NCBI RefSeq assembly: GCF_009914755.1
Contig: NC_060936.1
DNA: 64,000 bases
Reading direction: 5' to 3' (one strand)
Origin: the human T2T-CHM13v2.0 reference genome, Homo sapiens
How positions within the stretch are numbered: position 1 is the stretch's first letter; every line of letters starts with the position of its first letter. Both the position numbers and the translations under genes were made by a program. The notes under the pieces were generated by a model. The model had not been told where the DNA came from. It searched no databases and saw only the letters and a program-made list of their open reading frames with translations. Positions 29,426 through 45,179 of this stretch are shown piece by piece.

Positions 29426-30919
29426 TAACAGCGAAGACACTCTGGCCAAGTGGTAGGAGTGACGCTGAGTTCAGGTCACCTTTATAGGAATGCACCCTTG
29501 GCTCTTGAGATCTGGATCAGCTCCAGTACCTTAGCTTTTTCCTTAATCCTCCCTCTACAACATCCCATGTCTTTCACAAGTCTGATTTTGGTCAGTTCCA
29601 ATAATCTTAAAAGTGCTGCCATCTTTCATAAACCTCAAAACAACCTTTCCTTCCCTTATTTTCTGAGCCTTCAGGGATAATGTTGCTTCAAATAAAAAGA
29701 ACTATGTCACAATAATCTCTTATGCTTTGTTTGTCAAAGAGTTCAAACATATGCTATGTTGTCAACCCACAATTATCACTTCCAGTTCTCTACTATATAA
29801 TCAGGAGGTGAGGGGATATAAGTAGAGGCTCTATTCTCACCTCACTTATGTACCAACCGCAGGGTATAAAAACTGATTTATAGTTGTAGGTGGAACACAA
29901 ATATATTCATATATGCATATATACTAGCTTTCATAATATATTGTATAATACAGCTCTATGTATAAAATAACATATTATACAGTTTTTAAAAAAATATTTG
30001 TATGTGTATCATTATTATCATTAAAGATGAAGCTTCCTTATCTATGAAATGGAGATAATAGTAACTACTTCGTGAAGCCATTATAAGGACTAAATGAATT
30101 AATATACGTTAAACAGGACAGTCTCTAGTACAATACACAATAAATATTAGCTGTTATTATAATTATTATTTTATATATTATAAAAAGAGTCCTTATTTGT
30201 AAACATTATTCACTAGAGATTATCCTAAATACTTAGTTTCTTCAGTGCACCAAATTTTTATATTTCTCAATATTTATTTTCTAATGCAACTTTCATAAAA
30301 ATATTTTTCCATGAAGTGGCATATTATGTTCCTTAAAGATATTTACAGTGTGTGGTAATACAACATAGCCATAAGTCAAACCACATAAAGAAATAAAGGA
30401 AAACTGTAACTCAGAACCTGTGAAACAATTATTTTTTACAATAGGACCTCATTCTAGTCTTCACTGCCTGTGCTACATATAAAAATATTTACTTCCTTAA
30501 ATGGATTCATCCTCAGTTATTACTGTTTAATTTAGCACTGTTTTCAGAACAAATGGTATTGGGAAAGAATTCACTACATTTACCTTGGTGCATTTGTGTC
30601 TAAGTTATAGTACAAAAGAAGCTGTCATTCCAAAGGACTTGAACCCCTCCAGCCCATGACGATGACAGAGTTGAAAATGCTTCTCATCCATCACTAAAGA
30701 GCATGATCAGGGCTGAGTCAACTAATTTTCTCCCAAACATGTGCATCCAAAATGAGGACAAATAAACAGAGACAGCTCATTACACTGCTCCAAGGAAGAA
30801 AAGGGTCTCAAAGTGCTCTCTCTTTAGCCCTGATTTTTACCTCACTAATTTGAAAAGAAATCCTTACTTTGAACCCTACAAATCTACATAGACTTTGGTG
30901 TATTTAGAACAGAGTTTTG

Positions 30920-31235
30920 AGCAATGTTTTCCCAAGGGTGTTGCATAGGACACTGGTGGTACAAAGTACTGATAAGTTTTTTTCAAAAACACGTATGTGT
31001 TTACACACACACAAATCTATCAGGATTCCATGATTAAATAAGGTTGCTAGACATTGGGTTAAACAGAGTTTATCAGATTTTTTTTATTATGGGATTTCTC
31101 AGGGACCTAATGTTACTATGACTCTCTAAGAGGGTACATGGTGGGTATCTCTCAGACATATTTATCTATGGACTCTCCATCTCACAAACTATCTTTCTTA
31201 TACCAGTGTTTCACAAAACACACTTTGGGAAACTT
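30920..31235. mobile_element. hAT-Charlie-type MITE (old MER)
   Basis: Degenerate TIRs caatgttttcccaagggtgtt ... aacacactttgggaaac. Confidence 0.5.
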
Positions 31236-32775
31236 CTTTAGAATACCACATATTTTATGTCTTTAGCCTGTATTCCTTTTCTGAATTCTGAACAGGATCT
31301 CTCCTTCTGTTTTGCATTTTTAATAAATTCAGGAATTTGCACTTCTACAGCTGAAGGAATCCATCTACTATATCAAGTACATTTTCTATTCTTGAAATTG
31401 ACCATTACAAATTTTTGGTTAATTGTTTTAAAATAACTTAAAGTAATGATGTCTTAAACTAAAAAAATCAGTTGTGTTAACTCATAATTAAATAGCAAAT
31501 TAAAATATCCCAGAATAAAACTTCTACATAAGTCCATGAGTTTGCCTAACACATTTATCTCCAACCAAATGGCATGAAGTTGAATTTGTGATTGTCACAT
31601 GAACTCTGGTAAGCAGATGCCATTATATCCTCAGGAAACCACAGCAATCAACATTGATAACCTGTACATTGTCTTATAATAAACCATGTTAATAAATGAA
31701 TAAAAATAAAAGCATATTTATTATTAAAAAATCATATTAATCTGGAACCAAGAAAGCTCTAAAGTTTAGGGATTCCATTTTTCTTTAAAGTGCATAATTC
31801 TTAAAGCATGCTAATAATAAAAAAAGTAAACAGTCTTCAGTCTCCAAAGGACTAAACAGACTCTTAAATGTTAGGAAGTTATTGCTTATAACATTTCATT
31901 CCTCTCAAAACCTTGAGACTTAAATTTGGACTTGAGACATTATGCTGTCTTAAATGTAATCATACTGTGTATATTAATTTGAACTGAAGAAAAAAAAATT
32001 TTTTTTAAATGCAGTAAGATTTGACAACCTCCATCTATCAAACTCTGTGAATCCAAGCTTGTGGGAAAATTCCAAGGAACTTGAGTGCAAAACTGCATGT
32101 ATGCATATCGGTCACATTGACTTCTCTTTGTTTCTGAAGGGGAAAAAAACCCTACTATATTAAAAAGAGAAAAACTAAACTCATAAAATCAATTGATAAA
32201 GTTGGTCTCAGAATCCTACCGTGAAGAAAAGCTGCTATATTAACAAAATAAAAGGTATTGCCTAAAATTACCAGTTTGATAAAAGGTTCCCTAAGCTGCT
32301 CCAGTTTTTTGTATTACAAATCAGCAAATTCAGCACCTCTTTTACATTAAACTTGGTTCCAAGTGTTTCAGGGCCTCAAACTGGGGTCCAGCTTCAGGTT
32401 TCTGACATTAAATCCTTAATACGACATGAAAAATTCCCCTGGGCACATCAGGAGTAATCAAATTTCATGTAAATTATTAAATTACAGACATTCAATTATG
32501 TTTTCCCAAACTCTCTTTAGAAATTCTAAAGGCCCTTAGAAAACATCCTTAAGCCAAAGGCGAAGTTGGCAAGTGAAACCGTTTACCTGCGAAAGCAAAA
32601 CAAAGAGGGGTCCTCACAATCCCAAGAGGCACGTTGCAAAGTGGCACGCGATGTACCCCATCCCTATTGTGAGGCACAAATTCTTTGTAACACTGGGAGA
32701 CACCGCAGAACAAAAATACTATTAGAGATGCTTCAAAAGGAACATTTTTGGCTGCGCTAGGGACTTTTGACATTA

Positions 32776-32781
32776 TTTATT
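32776..32781 (-). terminator. Polyadenylation signal AATAAA of the C12orf42 terminal exon
   Basis: tttatt on + is AATAAA on the minus strand, about 135 nt past the TGA stop. Confidence 0.7.
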
Positions 32782-32879
32782 AGGTTCAAAAATGCTTCAC
32801 AAAAGCCTAACAATGGTTCTGTGGAAACCAGTACATCTGAGGCCCTTTCTGTTGTTCTGAGCAGGCATTGATTTGAAGA

Positions 32880-33538
<659 letters not shown>

Positions 33539-35800
33539 CTAAGAAAACAAAAATGCTATCCATTCCTTTCCTGTTCTTTGAAACCACCTACCCAACACCT
33601 CAAAAAAAAAAATAGCTTTTGCATAATCCTCAGAAAACTTTCTATTTCAAGGAAAACTGTTCAAAACTCCTAAAGAGAGAGACATAGAAGAATCGGTGGC
33701 TAAAATAGGGCCCGAACTTCTAAATGAAGGGAAAGTTTGTGATTGGAAAATTGTCAAGCGGAGTTATTAATGGATATGTAAAAGCAAATGTGTCTACAGC
33801 TCCTGTAGGCTGTCAACTGATGATTTTTTTTAAATACAGGAGGCTGTTATTTCATGAGTTTTATTGGAAACTTCAAACCAGCTGAAGACTAAAACAAACA
33901 GTAAATTAACCTAAGACTGGGTCTACATCACACACACATATCCACTAATACTAATAAGTTTGACTTTTTTCTTTCTTTGCCCAACGAAATAATTTTTCCA
34001 TACAAAAGATGTGTTTTTTTACAACATAGCCAAGACTGCTATATGTGTGTGTGAATATATATATATTCAGAAACATATATTTACCTACATTTTCATATGT
34101 ATATATAAACTTCCATATTATATAATATATTGCATATATAAACTTCAAGATTTATATAAATACATATATAAATCATGAAGATTTTACCTGAAAAATTCTG
34201 CCCATTGACCTACACAAATTAAAATCTAATTCTTCAGTAGTGACTTAAGATAATTTATGTGCCTTAAATAAAAAATGTATGTGCTTTAAATCACTTTCTA
34301 GAAGCTTTCAAAGGTTTTTAATAGCATTTAGATGTCTAGAATATTTGGAGCAACTCAGATCATTCCAAAATTCAAAAAACACATAAAATAATTAAAATGA
34401 ATAGTACCTTCCTAACACTGGATGTCAAACAGCCAGTGTATCTTTACGTAATTCAGTTTAGTTCATCGAACTCTGTTCTATGCCTAGTATGTACTGAGCA
34501 CCTCCCTCTGCACATTCCACATGCCCAAGTCAAACAGTGAAAATTTTTTTGTGAATCTGAATTCTCCAATGCAGGAATCACTTCCTGAAATAAAGGCAGA
34601 ATGGCATTTTAATATCTCCAAGTAAATGAAAACTTTCAAGCATGTTGCTTTGTGAACACTAGGTGCTTAATAGCTGTTGATTTGGATTTCTGGCCCTGTC
34701 AGATGAACCATTCACTGCCATCAATATTCAGTGCAAGAAGAATCCTCCAGAGAACATTGATGTAGCTTTGGAGTTTGGAGCAACAGGGCATGACCTAGAC
34801 AGGATATGCTTTCCTATGTCTTGAGCCAAAAAAATAGAAATTTCCTTCCCTGAAAGCAATTTAGTAATGATACATTTTGCAACAAACTATCTTAAAGGAA
34901 CAGTGTGGTATAATGAAGTAAAGCTCTGGGGTCAGGACTTCACAGATTCAAATCTTGGTACATGACCTGGCCTAAGTCTCTTTGACCTTACCCGAAAGAT
35001 GGGAATTATATTACCTACTTCACAGGGTTGCTAGTGAGATTAAATTTGTTCATTCATTTATTAATATTTGAATGCTCAGTATGTGATCAGCAGTATTCTA
35101 GACCTTGGGGATACAGAAGGAATATGCAGGCAATAAAAAGTAGGGAGGAGAAGCAGACTAACGAGCAAGTGAATGAATAAATTTTAAGTGCCAGCTGGTA
35201 ATAAACCCTATGATGAAAAATAAACTGAAAAAGGAAGTTGAGAAAGACCTAAGTAGGTGACATTTCAAGTCAAAGACTTGAAATGAGAAAGGAAACTAGC
35301 TAAGTATTGGAGGAAAGAATCTGACAAAATGTTAAGCATCAAGTACATGGCAAGTGCTCAGTACTCAAGAGTCACCATAGTCATATTTAGAACCTGGATC
35401 TAGAAATACTCTGACCTGGATTCTGCACTAAACCATAGGAAAATAACAGTTTCTATCTCAGAAGAGAGTCATGAGGATCAAAACTGAAGATGTACATTCC
35501 AATTTCAACATATTGCCTTGTTCATAGTAAGAATTCAAAAGTGTTAGCCGACCAGCATCTTCTGTTTCCCATCACCAGGCTCAGCCTCCCAGAAACAAGG
35601 GAATCTCTGACATAGCCTTTCTGGAAGAAGGTCTCCCAGCCCCCTGCTTGAGCACTTCTAGCCCATGCAGTACATTCTCTTCTAGTTCAAAGAAAGTTCT
35701 CCTTTGTATTGAGTCAAAATCTATCTCTTGTCTTCTGGTCAGTTCCAACAAACTGTACAAACATGTGGAGGGAAACCTACCTCAAAAGGTCCCTATAAAG

Positions 35801-35999
35801 CAGGGGTGTCCAATCTTTTGGCTTCCCTGGGCCACATAGGAAGAAAAAAATTGTCTTGTTTTGGGCCATAAATAAAATACACTAACACTGATGATAGCTA
35901 ATGAGAAAAAAACTCACAAATAATCTCGTGTTTGCAGAAAGTTTACGAATTTGTGTTGGGCCACATATAAAGCCATAGACCATGAGTCGGACAAGCTTG
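35801..35999 (+). mobile_element. MER30 hAT MITE
   Basis: caggggtgtccaatcttttggcttccctgggccaca...ggacaagcttg; 8-bp TSD ctataaag / ctataaat. Confidence 0.9.
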
Positions 36000-36634
36000 C
36001 TATAAATGAAAAGACTATATAACATCAGTCTCATCCTTCTTCTACATGACAGCTCTTGGAATATTTGGAGATCCACATTTTTTCCTTACATTTTCTCTCC
36101 TCCAGTCTGAACATCAGCACCATAAGTACCACCACCGTCATCACCACCCCCATTAAGCCCTTACTATGTTCAGGAAATTTTATTTATATAAATCATTTAA
36201 TTTGAAGTAATAATTGTCATTTTTTACAGATGAAAAAACTGGGCTGCAAAAACATTTTTGAGACTTGATCATGGCTACAGATCTGAGATGGGAGAGAGTC
36301 GATATTTGAGCACAGTCAAAACTTATCCCTTCTGGGCCATGTCCTTACTTTGAATCATTCCTCCTATATCCTGTGCTATGAATTCACAACTTCCTTGTCT
36401 GTAAAATGGGGATAATGGTATGATCTGCCTGAATATTATATGAGGATTTCATAAAATAATATAAAATGCCTAGCACAGTGTCTGGCACATGGTGAAAGCT
36501 TAATAAGTGTGGCTGGAATGGTGATGATAATAGCTGTCATTGTCAGGTGCAATAACTGAATCATCAAATTACCTGTCATCAACTCACACCTGTTCTCTCC
36601 TCCAATATAATGCTTGACAACAAGCAGACTTTCA

Positions 36635-37372
<738 letters not shown>

Positions 37373-37491
37373 TTATGTTGAAGGCACCGTGTGAGGCCCC
37401 AGACATGTTTGTCACTGAATCCTCAAAAGAATCATATCTAGCAGATAGTATTATTATCTGTCTTGCACAGGTCACAAAGCTAGTTTTGAGG

Positions 37492-37978
37492 CTTATGGGT
37501 TGAATTGTGTTCACCCCCTCCCCTCCCTGCCAAAAAAGATATATTAAAGTCCTAACCCGCAGCACCTGTGCATGTGACCTTATTTGGAAATAGGGTCTTT
37601 GAAGATGTAACCAAATTAAGATGAAATCATTCTGGATTAGGGTGAGCCATAATCTAATAAGACTGGAGTCCTTATAAGAAAAGGAAACTGAGACACACAA
37701 GAGAATGCCAGTGAAGACAAAGACACAGAGGGAAGACCCAGGTGAAGACAGGGACAGATATTGGAGATAGCCTGCTGCAAGCCAAGGAACACCTGGGCTA
37801 CCAGGAGATGGAAGAAGCCACAAGGAAGATCCTACCCTAGGGGCTTCAGAAAAAGCACAGACCCGTGAACACCTTGATTTTAGACTTGTAGCTTCCCAAA
37901 CTGAGAGAATACATTTCTGTTTTTTTAAGTCACCCATTTTGTGGTAATTTATTACAGTGGTCCTCAGGAACCAATACA
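37492..37978 (+). mobile_element. MLT1 (MLT1C-like) MaLR solo LTR
   Basis: tatgggttgaattgtg...gtgaccttatttggaaatagggtctttg...caagccaaggaacacc...ggaaccaataca. Confidence 0.88.
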
Positions 37979-38789
37979 GGCTTAGAGCAAGTAGCTTGCT
38001 AAAGGTCACAAATAATTAGCAGAGTTGAAACTTGAATCCACATCTGTCAACCCCATAGCCCAATATTGACTGCTGAAGCCACTCCTTTTGATGCACTGTC
38101 AGAAGGTAAAAAACAATCTCAATTGCTCAAAACTGCCCTAGAATATTGTAAAGAGCACAGAGAGAAAAGAGCTATACCACCCACATTGATTCTTATCCAG
38201 CAGTTGATATGGGTTTCTTTACCTAATTCATTTCCACTGGGAAACTGACAGCCTACTGTGTCAACTCAAACCATTCATATCTACATTTCTAGCGTCTCAG
38301 TAGAAAGTAAACAGGAAAAAAAGTCCCCAATTGTCAAAGATATTAATGAGCAGAGCTGGTGCAATGCCACATTTCCCTGTCACTGGTGATGGTGGCCTGG
38401 AGGAGATGGAGATAAGACAGTTTAAAGATATATCTAAGAAGCAAATCTGGCTTCTTAGCCAATTTGGTAGTGGGTTGGTTATGGGAGGAAGAGGCACACA
38501 GAAAAAGGGAAGAATAATTCCCTAGATTTACAACTAGATGAATGGTAGAGGGGCATGCACATGTGTGCACATGTGTGTGTAGGTGTGTGCTTGTGTGTGC
38601 ATGCAAATGTAGGATTGAGATTTGAGTGCTGAGATCTCTTTTGGGGAGAGGGGTGCTGTGAAAGGGATGAAAAGATGCAAGATTCATTTGCCTTTATCTT
38701 ATTACCCAAGCCAATTCTTTTTGAGATTCTTGCTTCCATATAAATAAAAATGAATTATGGTTTGTTTCTAAGTTAAGATATTCTTCACA

Positions 38790-39030
38790 GTGCTGTCAGT
38801 GCAAGCTCTGAAGATTGGTGAGCTGGGTTTGAATCCTGATTCTACAAAATACTAGTTGTGTAGCCTAGAAAAAATTCTCTAGGTTTACTCTGCCTCAGTT
38901 TCTCATTCATAAAATAGGAATAATCATATCTACCTCTAGGAATATTCTAACTATTAATAGTAGATTAGATAATGCACATAAAGTACTTAGGGTAGTAGTT
39001 GGCATTTAGAAAACACTTGACAAATATTGA
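38790..39030 (+). mobile_element. MIR SINE
   Basis: ctgggtttgaatcctgattctac...ctgcctcagtttctcattcataaaataggaataat. Confidence 0.75.
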
Positions 39031-39509
39031 ACATTATATAGTATACTAGAGTTTACATGGAAAAATACTTATTATAGTGCAACATAAAAGTATATAATTT
39101 TGATTTTTAAGAGGCAAAGAATAAAAACTGGAAGAAAATCAAATTAACAGTTGTTTCTCAGAGGTATAATTCAAACTCTGGGTAACTTCTATGTAATATT
39201 CAAATTTTATGCACTCAATATGTTTTACTCTTATAATTCAGAAATCATCTTCAATTAGACAGTGCAGATAAACTTTAGAGAGTCAATGTAGTTTAGCATT
39301 CCTTACCATTTATTTAATAGGATGACCTGTCACCTAACAGTAACATGGAATGAGATCATTCATGGAGGGAGCAGAATGAGGAAGGATAAGTGTTTAGAGC
39401 TTTGGGATCTGATTGGGTGAGGTGTTAAGCAGACTTGTCTGGACAAATAAAGGGCAATTTGCAGGAAGGCATTGGGCCTGAGGTAGCATGAACAAATGAC
39501 CTAGCTTGC

Positions 39510-39950
39510 TGTGATATAAATTGTGTCCTCTAAAAGATACGTTGAGGTCCTAACCTCCTGTGCCTGTGAATGTAACCTTATTTGGAAATCAGGTCTTTGC
39601 AAAGATAATTAAGCTAAAATGGTGGTCCTTAATCCAATATGACTGGTGTCCTAATAAGAAAAGAAAACAGAGATACAAACATGCAGGAAGAATCCCATGT
39701 GATAACGAAGGCAGAGATTGGAGGGGTGTACCTACAAGCCAAGGAACACCAAATATCACCAACAACCACCAAAAGCTAGGAAAAAGGCACTGAACAGCTT
39801 TCTCCTTCAGAATCTCCAGAAAAAGCCAACGCTGCTGGTAGTTAAATTTGGATCTCTGGTCTCCAGAATTTGTGAAAAAATAAATTTATGTTGCTTTAAG
39901 CCAGGTGGTTTGTGATACTTTCTTATAGCAGCCCTAGAAAATGATTATAC
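39510..39950 (+). mobile_element. MLT1 (MLT1B/C-like) MaLR solo LTR
   Basis: aattgtgtcctctaaaagatacgttgaggtcctaacc...gtaaccttatttggaaatcaggtctttgc...tatagcagccctagaaaatg. Confidence 0.85.
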
Positions 39951-39988
39951 CTACAATAACTCCAATGTACACATGTTGTCCCAGAGTA

Positions 39989-40402
39989 CAGTTGACCCTT
40001 GAACTGAGCAGGTCCACTTATATAGGAATTTTCTTCTGCCTCTGCCACCCCTGAGGCAGCAAGACCAACCCCTCCTCTTCCTCTTCCTCCTCAGCCTACT
40101 CAAAGTGCAGACAAAGATGAAGACTTTTATGATGATCCACTTCCACTTAATGAATAGTAAATACATATTTTACAATTTTCTTAAAAACATTTTCTTTTCT
40201 TTAGATTACTTTATTGTAAGAATACAGTATATAATACAAATAACATACAAAATATATGTTAATTGACTATGTTATCAATAAGCTTCCAGTCAACAGAAGA
40301 CTACTAGTAGCTAAATTTTGGGGGAGTCAAAAATTATATGCAGATTTTCAACTGTATGAGAGGTCAGCACCCCTAACCTCTGCCTTGTTCAAAGGTCAAT
40401 CG
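39989..40402 (+). mobile_element. Tigger2a/MER28-type MITE
   Basis: TIRs cagttgacccttgaac / gttcaaaggtcaatcg, both flanked by TA. Confidence 0.88.
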
Positions 40403-40842
40403 TAATCATTAATACCAGCTCTTTTCACTCAAAAAAAAAAAGTGTCCAGATTTGAGGGATAGAAAAGAGGGAAAACCAGGAACTGGTAGGTGTGAAATGA
40501 GAGCAGGAAAAAGTTAGAGTTCTTGATTTCTACCAGGTAGAAGCAACCGTGCTGGACTGTAAAAACTTGTAGCAAGACACATATTTCCTGAATTCAAGGC
40601 ACAGTCAAATGGCAAAGAGGGCATTGGCCATGCCAGGTGCCCAGACACAGCCCTCCTGAGCCACAGCTTTGTCCGAGAGTGGAGACCAAAGCAAATGCCT
40701 TCAGAGGCCAGGCGGATGACAGAAATGAAATAAGGGTCCAAGTAGGGATACCCTGGGGTGATATGTCCCAGTATAAGGGGCCAGAGACCTTCAGATCCTA
40801 TCTTTTATTGCCATGAGAGAATGTGGGTCCACTGTAGACAGT

Positions 40843-41215
40843 TGATATAGTTTGTATATTTGTACCCCACCCAAATCTCACGTTGAATTGCAATCCCCAG
40901 TGTTGGAGGTGGGCCCTGGTGGGAGGTGATTGGATAATGGGGACAGATTTCTTACGAATGGTTTAGCACTATCCCTCTGGTGCTGTTCTTGTGATAGTGA
41001 GTGAGTTATCCTGAGATTTGGTCATTTAAAAGTGTGTGGCACCTCCTCCCCTTCTCCCCTACTCTCTCTCTCTCTCTCTCTGTGTCTCTCCCTCTCACTT
41101 GCTCCTACTTTTGCCATGGGACTTGCCTATTTCACCTTCTCAGGAGCCAATTAAATCTCTTTTCTTTGTAAATGACCCAGTCTCAGGTATTTCTTTATAG
41201 CAATGCACAATAGCC
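40843..41215 (+). mobile_element. MST (MSTA-like) MaLR solo LTR, internally deleted
   Basis: tgatatagtttg...ccccacccaaatctcacgttgaattgcaatccccagtgttggaggtggg...cccagtctcaggtatttctttatagcaatgc. Confidence 0.88.
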
Positions 41216-42536
41216 TTTCTGGATTTTCAGGAAAAGCAGAAATATGTATTTTTATGCATGTGAAAACCTCTGAGTTTTAAATGTTGGTAACATTTTGGAT
41301 TTTTTTAATGTAGTGTAAGATACACAAAACACAACTGTTCTTGGAATCATCAGAGGCCACCAATTTGTGTCTTTGGCCTATGCCAGCCTTGTAAAGGCCA
41401 CGCTATCAATTACCTCCTTTCATAGAATCTTCACCCCAGAACATGATTTTATAAATATTCAGCTTAGAACAGTGGGAATGCATTTGCAAACCCTGTGTGC
41501 AAGCACATTTTAGAACTCTAGAAATCTGGTCTACCTCCAAAACGTTAGGCTTTTCATTTTCATTTTAATTGGTTGCCTCATTTCATCTTAGAAAATGTCT
41601 ACCAGAATTTGAAACAGTAGACAAATTTAGCAGGCTTTCCCAAATGCAGAGAAACATTTAGAATTTTTCAAAACAATAGCGCTGGATCTCTTGATCTTAA
41701 AGGAAAACAAACAACACTAGAACCAATAGCATTCTATCTGCCCTTGTTCTGTTGTTCAAATACCAAGAACAAGATGGAAAGCCTGAGGTACTTTATACAC
41801 TTTCGCATTCCAGGAGTTATGGGTTGAAAGAGACCTTAAAGGTCATCTGAGGCTGAGCCCCCACCAACTTCAATATCCACCTTTGTTTAAATACCTCCAG
41901 GGAACTGGATCTTATGACCTGTGCACTAAAGATTTCACTGCTTCTCAGAAGAGAAAGCAACTGTGTATTTGCAATATTAACAGGCATTGTGTGTATGCAT
42001 GTGCGTGTGTGTGTGTGTGTATTCCTTATACTTAAGTACAGGGAATAATTAATAAGCCACTAGGTATGATGTTGGGACAGGTGGTGACTACGCTTATTTA
42101 TTTAGTTATTCAATCAATATTTATAGTTTCTACCATATACTAGATACTACCCCAGTGATTACCCAGGCCAATAGAAGTGATCCTTTTAAGACTAAGTTGA
42201 TCAGCTGATTTATTGCAAAATGAACTTCAGCAAACCAGAACCTTCTAGTGTCTCAGATCCCTGAATGAATTTTGGGTTACCTCTATGATACAACTACAAC
42301 TACCAGGTTGCCTAAGTGGCTACAGCAACCAGTTGTTTTGGCATCAAACAATCAGAAACAGAGACTGTTGGAAAAGGAAAGTCCTTTTGCAATCTCCAGT
42401 GGCTTTTATTAATAGTATTCCTTATAATTTTTCAAATCTACCATTCTAGATAGTGACAGAACTTGAGCCAAAATCCATAGCCCATGACTTAAAGTCCAGA
42501 GCTTTTTGTTACGTGACACATCTCTTGCATTGAATA

Positions 42537-42702
42537 CAGTATTTCTCAATCCTGGCTGCACATCAGACAATACCTGACATGCTTTTAAAAATATAAACAC
42601 GTGCTCCCACCCTTGACCAATCAGTGAGAGTGGGACCCTAGTATCTGTTCACGGTAAATCCTTCAGTGATGAAAATGTATAATCAGGGCAGGGAGCTACT
42701 GA
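42537..42702. mobile_element. MER5-type hAT MITE
   Basis: cagtatttctcaatcctggctgcacatcaga...gagctactg. Confidence 0.6.
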
Positions 42703-44254
42703 TCTCAGTCACTCATCAGAGATTTCAGGTGCTATTATCATTTTTATTCAGTCAAACAATCATGAATATACTAGAGCTATAAAATCGACAAAGTCTTTCT
42801 CCTCAGGTATCTTTCTATCGATGGTCCTCATTTCAGAAACCAGCATTATTTGCTCCTTTACAACTTGCATGTTCCTTTACATTTTGTTCTCATACCAGTA
42901 ACTCCACTTGAGCCTCACAAAAACTCTCTGGCTTACTTATGTTACTGAGGAGGAAACAGAGATACAAAGAGAGGAAGCGTCTTGTTACACTCCCTTCTTA
43001 GGCAGTGAAGAAGCTGAGTTTAGGACCCAGGTCTTCAGATTTGGGGAGAGTTTTGTTTTTCTACTACACAATCAATGCCAGTAGTGCCAGAGGATACATG
43101 TGACTCCCGTGAACTGGGCTTGATGAAGCGAGGTGGATGCAAGTGGTCATGGTGCTAACAGCTAACAAAGGCTGGGCACTGACCATTGGCCAGGCCCTGC
43201 TCTATTGTCCATGCCTTGGCCCACAGAAAATGCTATCAGCATTATTTCTAACATACAGAAGAAGAAATGATATCTTTAAAAGGTCAAGCACTCTCTAAAT
43301 TGCTCAAAGTTCCAATGAATAAAATGAGCAGGATCAGAGTTTAAACTATCTGCCTCTCGAGGACCAACATTCTTAACCGTGTCCTCCAGCTTCCTCAGGC
43401 TACTGAGGCAAGGGCACAACTTTTCCCAACTACTGATACACTTGGGGCTTTTTTGGTGTTTTGGTTGTTAAAAAAATTCTCCCAAATATTCAAGTTTTAC
43501 CAGTTCTTTTAATGTGTAAGCATCTCTGTGTCTTATTTTGCAGCACAGGACTTCCATCTGTTGCCAATTTTATATGAAGTAATATTGTGGCAGATGATTT
43601 CAAGGTACAATAAAATGAATCTATTTTACAGAAACAACTTCTCATTCCTTTTGAGCTGCAAAGCAGTTCATGGTAAATCATAACAAATGCTGATGTATTC
43701 ATTTTCAGTTTTGATACAATAGAAAAAGACAAATATGTTAACTCCTGTACTTTCAGCCCCTCTGAGATACCAGCGAGCTGACCACTTCACACCCACTTCT
43801 TGTAGCTATCCCTTAAAAAATAACTTCTTTGTGTTCATTTTTCCACTCTGTCTTTTCCTCTCTCTCATGCTTGTAACTCTAGCATGTTCATGTTATGAAA
43901 AAACTAGAGGCAATTGTCCTAAAAGGAGAAATGAAACAGAGACAATTAATTCCCCAAAGCTCATTTTGCCTTTCTCTCTAGGCACAAATGAGAGCCTGAA
44001 GCTAATCGATTTCATCTCCGGCATATCTAAAGTCCAACATAAACCTCAAATAGATTTTCTATTAATGCTGAAACTCCAGTGTTAGGCTTTAAAAAGTATT
44101 CTTACACCACATAATGGGGTTTAATGAAGGCTGCCATCTCCTATTCAGCTTTTTAGCTAACTGGGGAGTGAAAGTCATTTTTAAGCTAATAGGGTTGAAG
44201 CAAAGGAAGAGTCTGAGATGCACCACACCCAAGAGGTGGCAGAGGTTGGAGGCC

Positions 44255-44500
44255 AAGAGCACAAGCACTGGATCCAGACTGCTCAAGTCAAATCTATGCT
44301 TTTCCCCTTCCCAGCTGTGTTACCTGTTACCTAGGCCCAGCTACTTAAGTGTTCTCTGCCTCAGTTTTCCCATTCATAAAATAAAAATAATGATAATATC
44401 TATCACACAGGATTGGTATGAAGATTAAATGAATTAAACAACAGGAGTTTAGAGCAGTACCTGCCACATAGGACATACTTAACAAATCTTAGCTGTTATT
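44255..44500 (+). mobile_element. MIR SINE
   Basis: aagagcacaagcactggatccagactgc...ctctgcctcagttttcccattcataaaat...aagattaaatgaatta. Confidence 0.8.
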
Positions 44501-44987
44501 ATCGTTGTTGTTATTACTTCCTTCCTCTCTCCCTCTGTAGCTCCTGAATGACCTCTTCGGTGGCAAGGACTCAAGTAGAAAATTATATCGTTTTCATCCA
44601 TGCAGTGTTTGCCTCAGCTTATACATTTCTTCATTCAAAAATATTTATTGAATGCCTACTATATGCCTTGTCCTGTGCTTGACCCTGGAGATATGACAGA
44701 ATAAGGCAAATGTATGCCCTCATGGGGCTTGCAATCTACAGGGGGAAGGCGGCAAAAGCAGGCCACAGTTACATGGTTATAAATAGTAGTGAGTGATATT
44801 AATGAAAAACAAGGTGCTGAGACAGAGAAACATGAGTGGAGACCTGTGAAGATGATACTCAATCTGAGACTAGCCTGAAGGCTGAAAAGGGCTTAGTCAT
44901 TTCAGGAGTGGAAAAAAAGAGTATCCCAGCCTGACAAAGACAGATGTGTTTTCAGAACTGAGAGCAGCCCAGATGGATGGAGGGAAA

Positions 44988-45067
44988 GGGCAGGAGAGGT
45001 GTTGGGAGGGCAGGAGAGGTGTTGGGAGGGCAGGAGAGGTGTTGGGAGGACAGGAGAGGTGTTGGGA
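44988..45067. repeat. 20-bp minisatellite (gggcaggagaggtgttggga) x4
   Basis: Four adjacent copies, one substitution in copy 4. Confidence 0.95.
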
Positions 45068-45179
45068 TGTTGCACAACATGCAATAGAAAGCAACCAGGG
45101 GTTTTGAGAGCAGAAGCAATTTAGAAGGCAGCCGGCAGTTGCCCAGTGAAAGGTGATGGCAACTTTGATGTGCCTGGTA

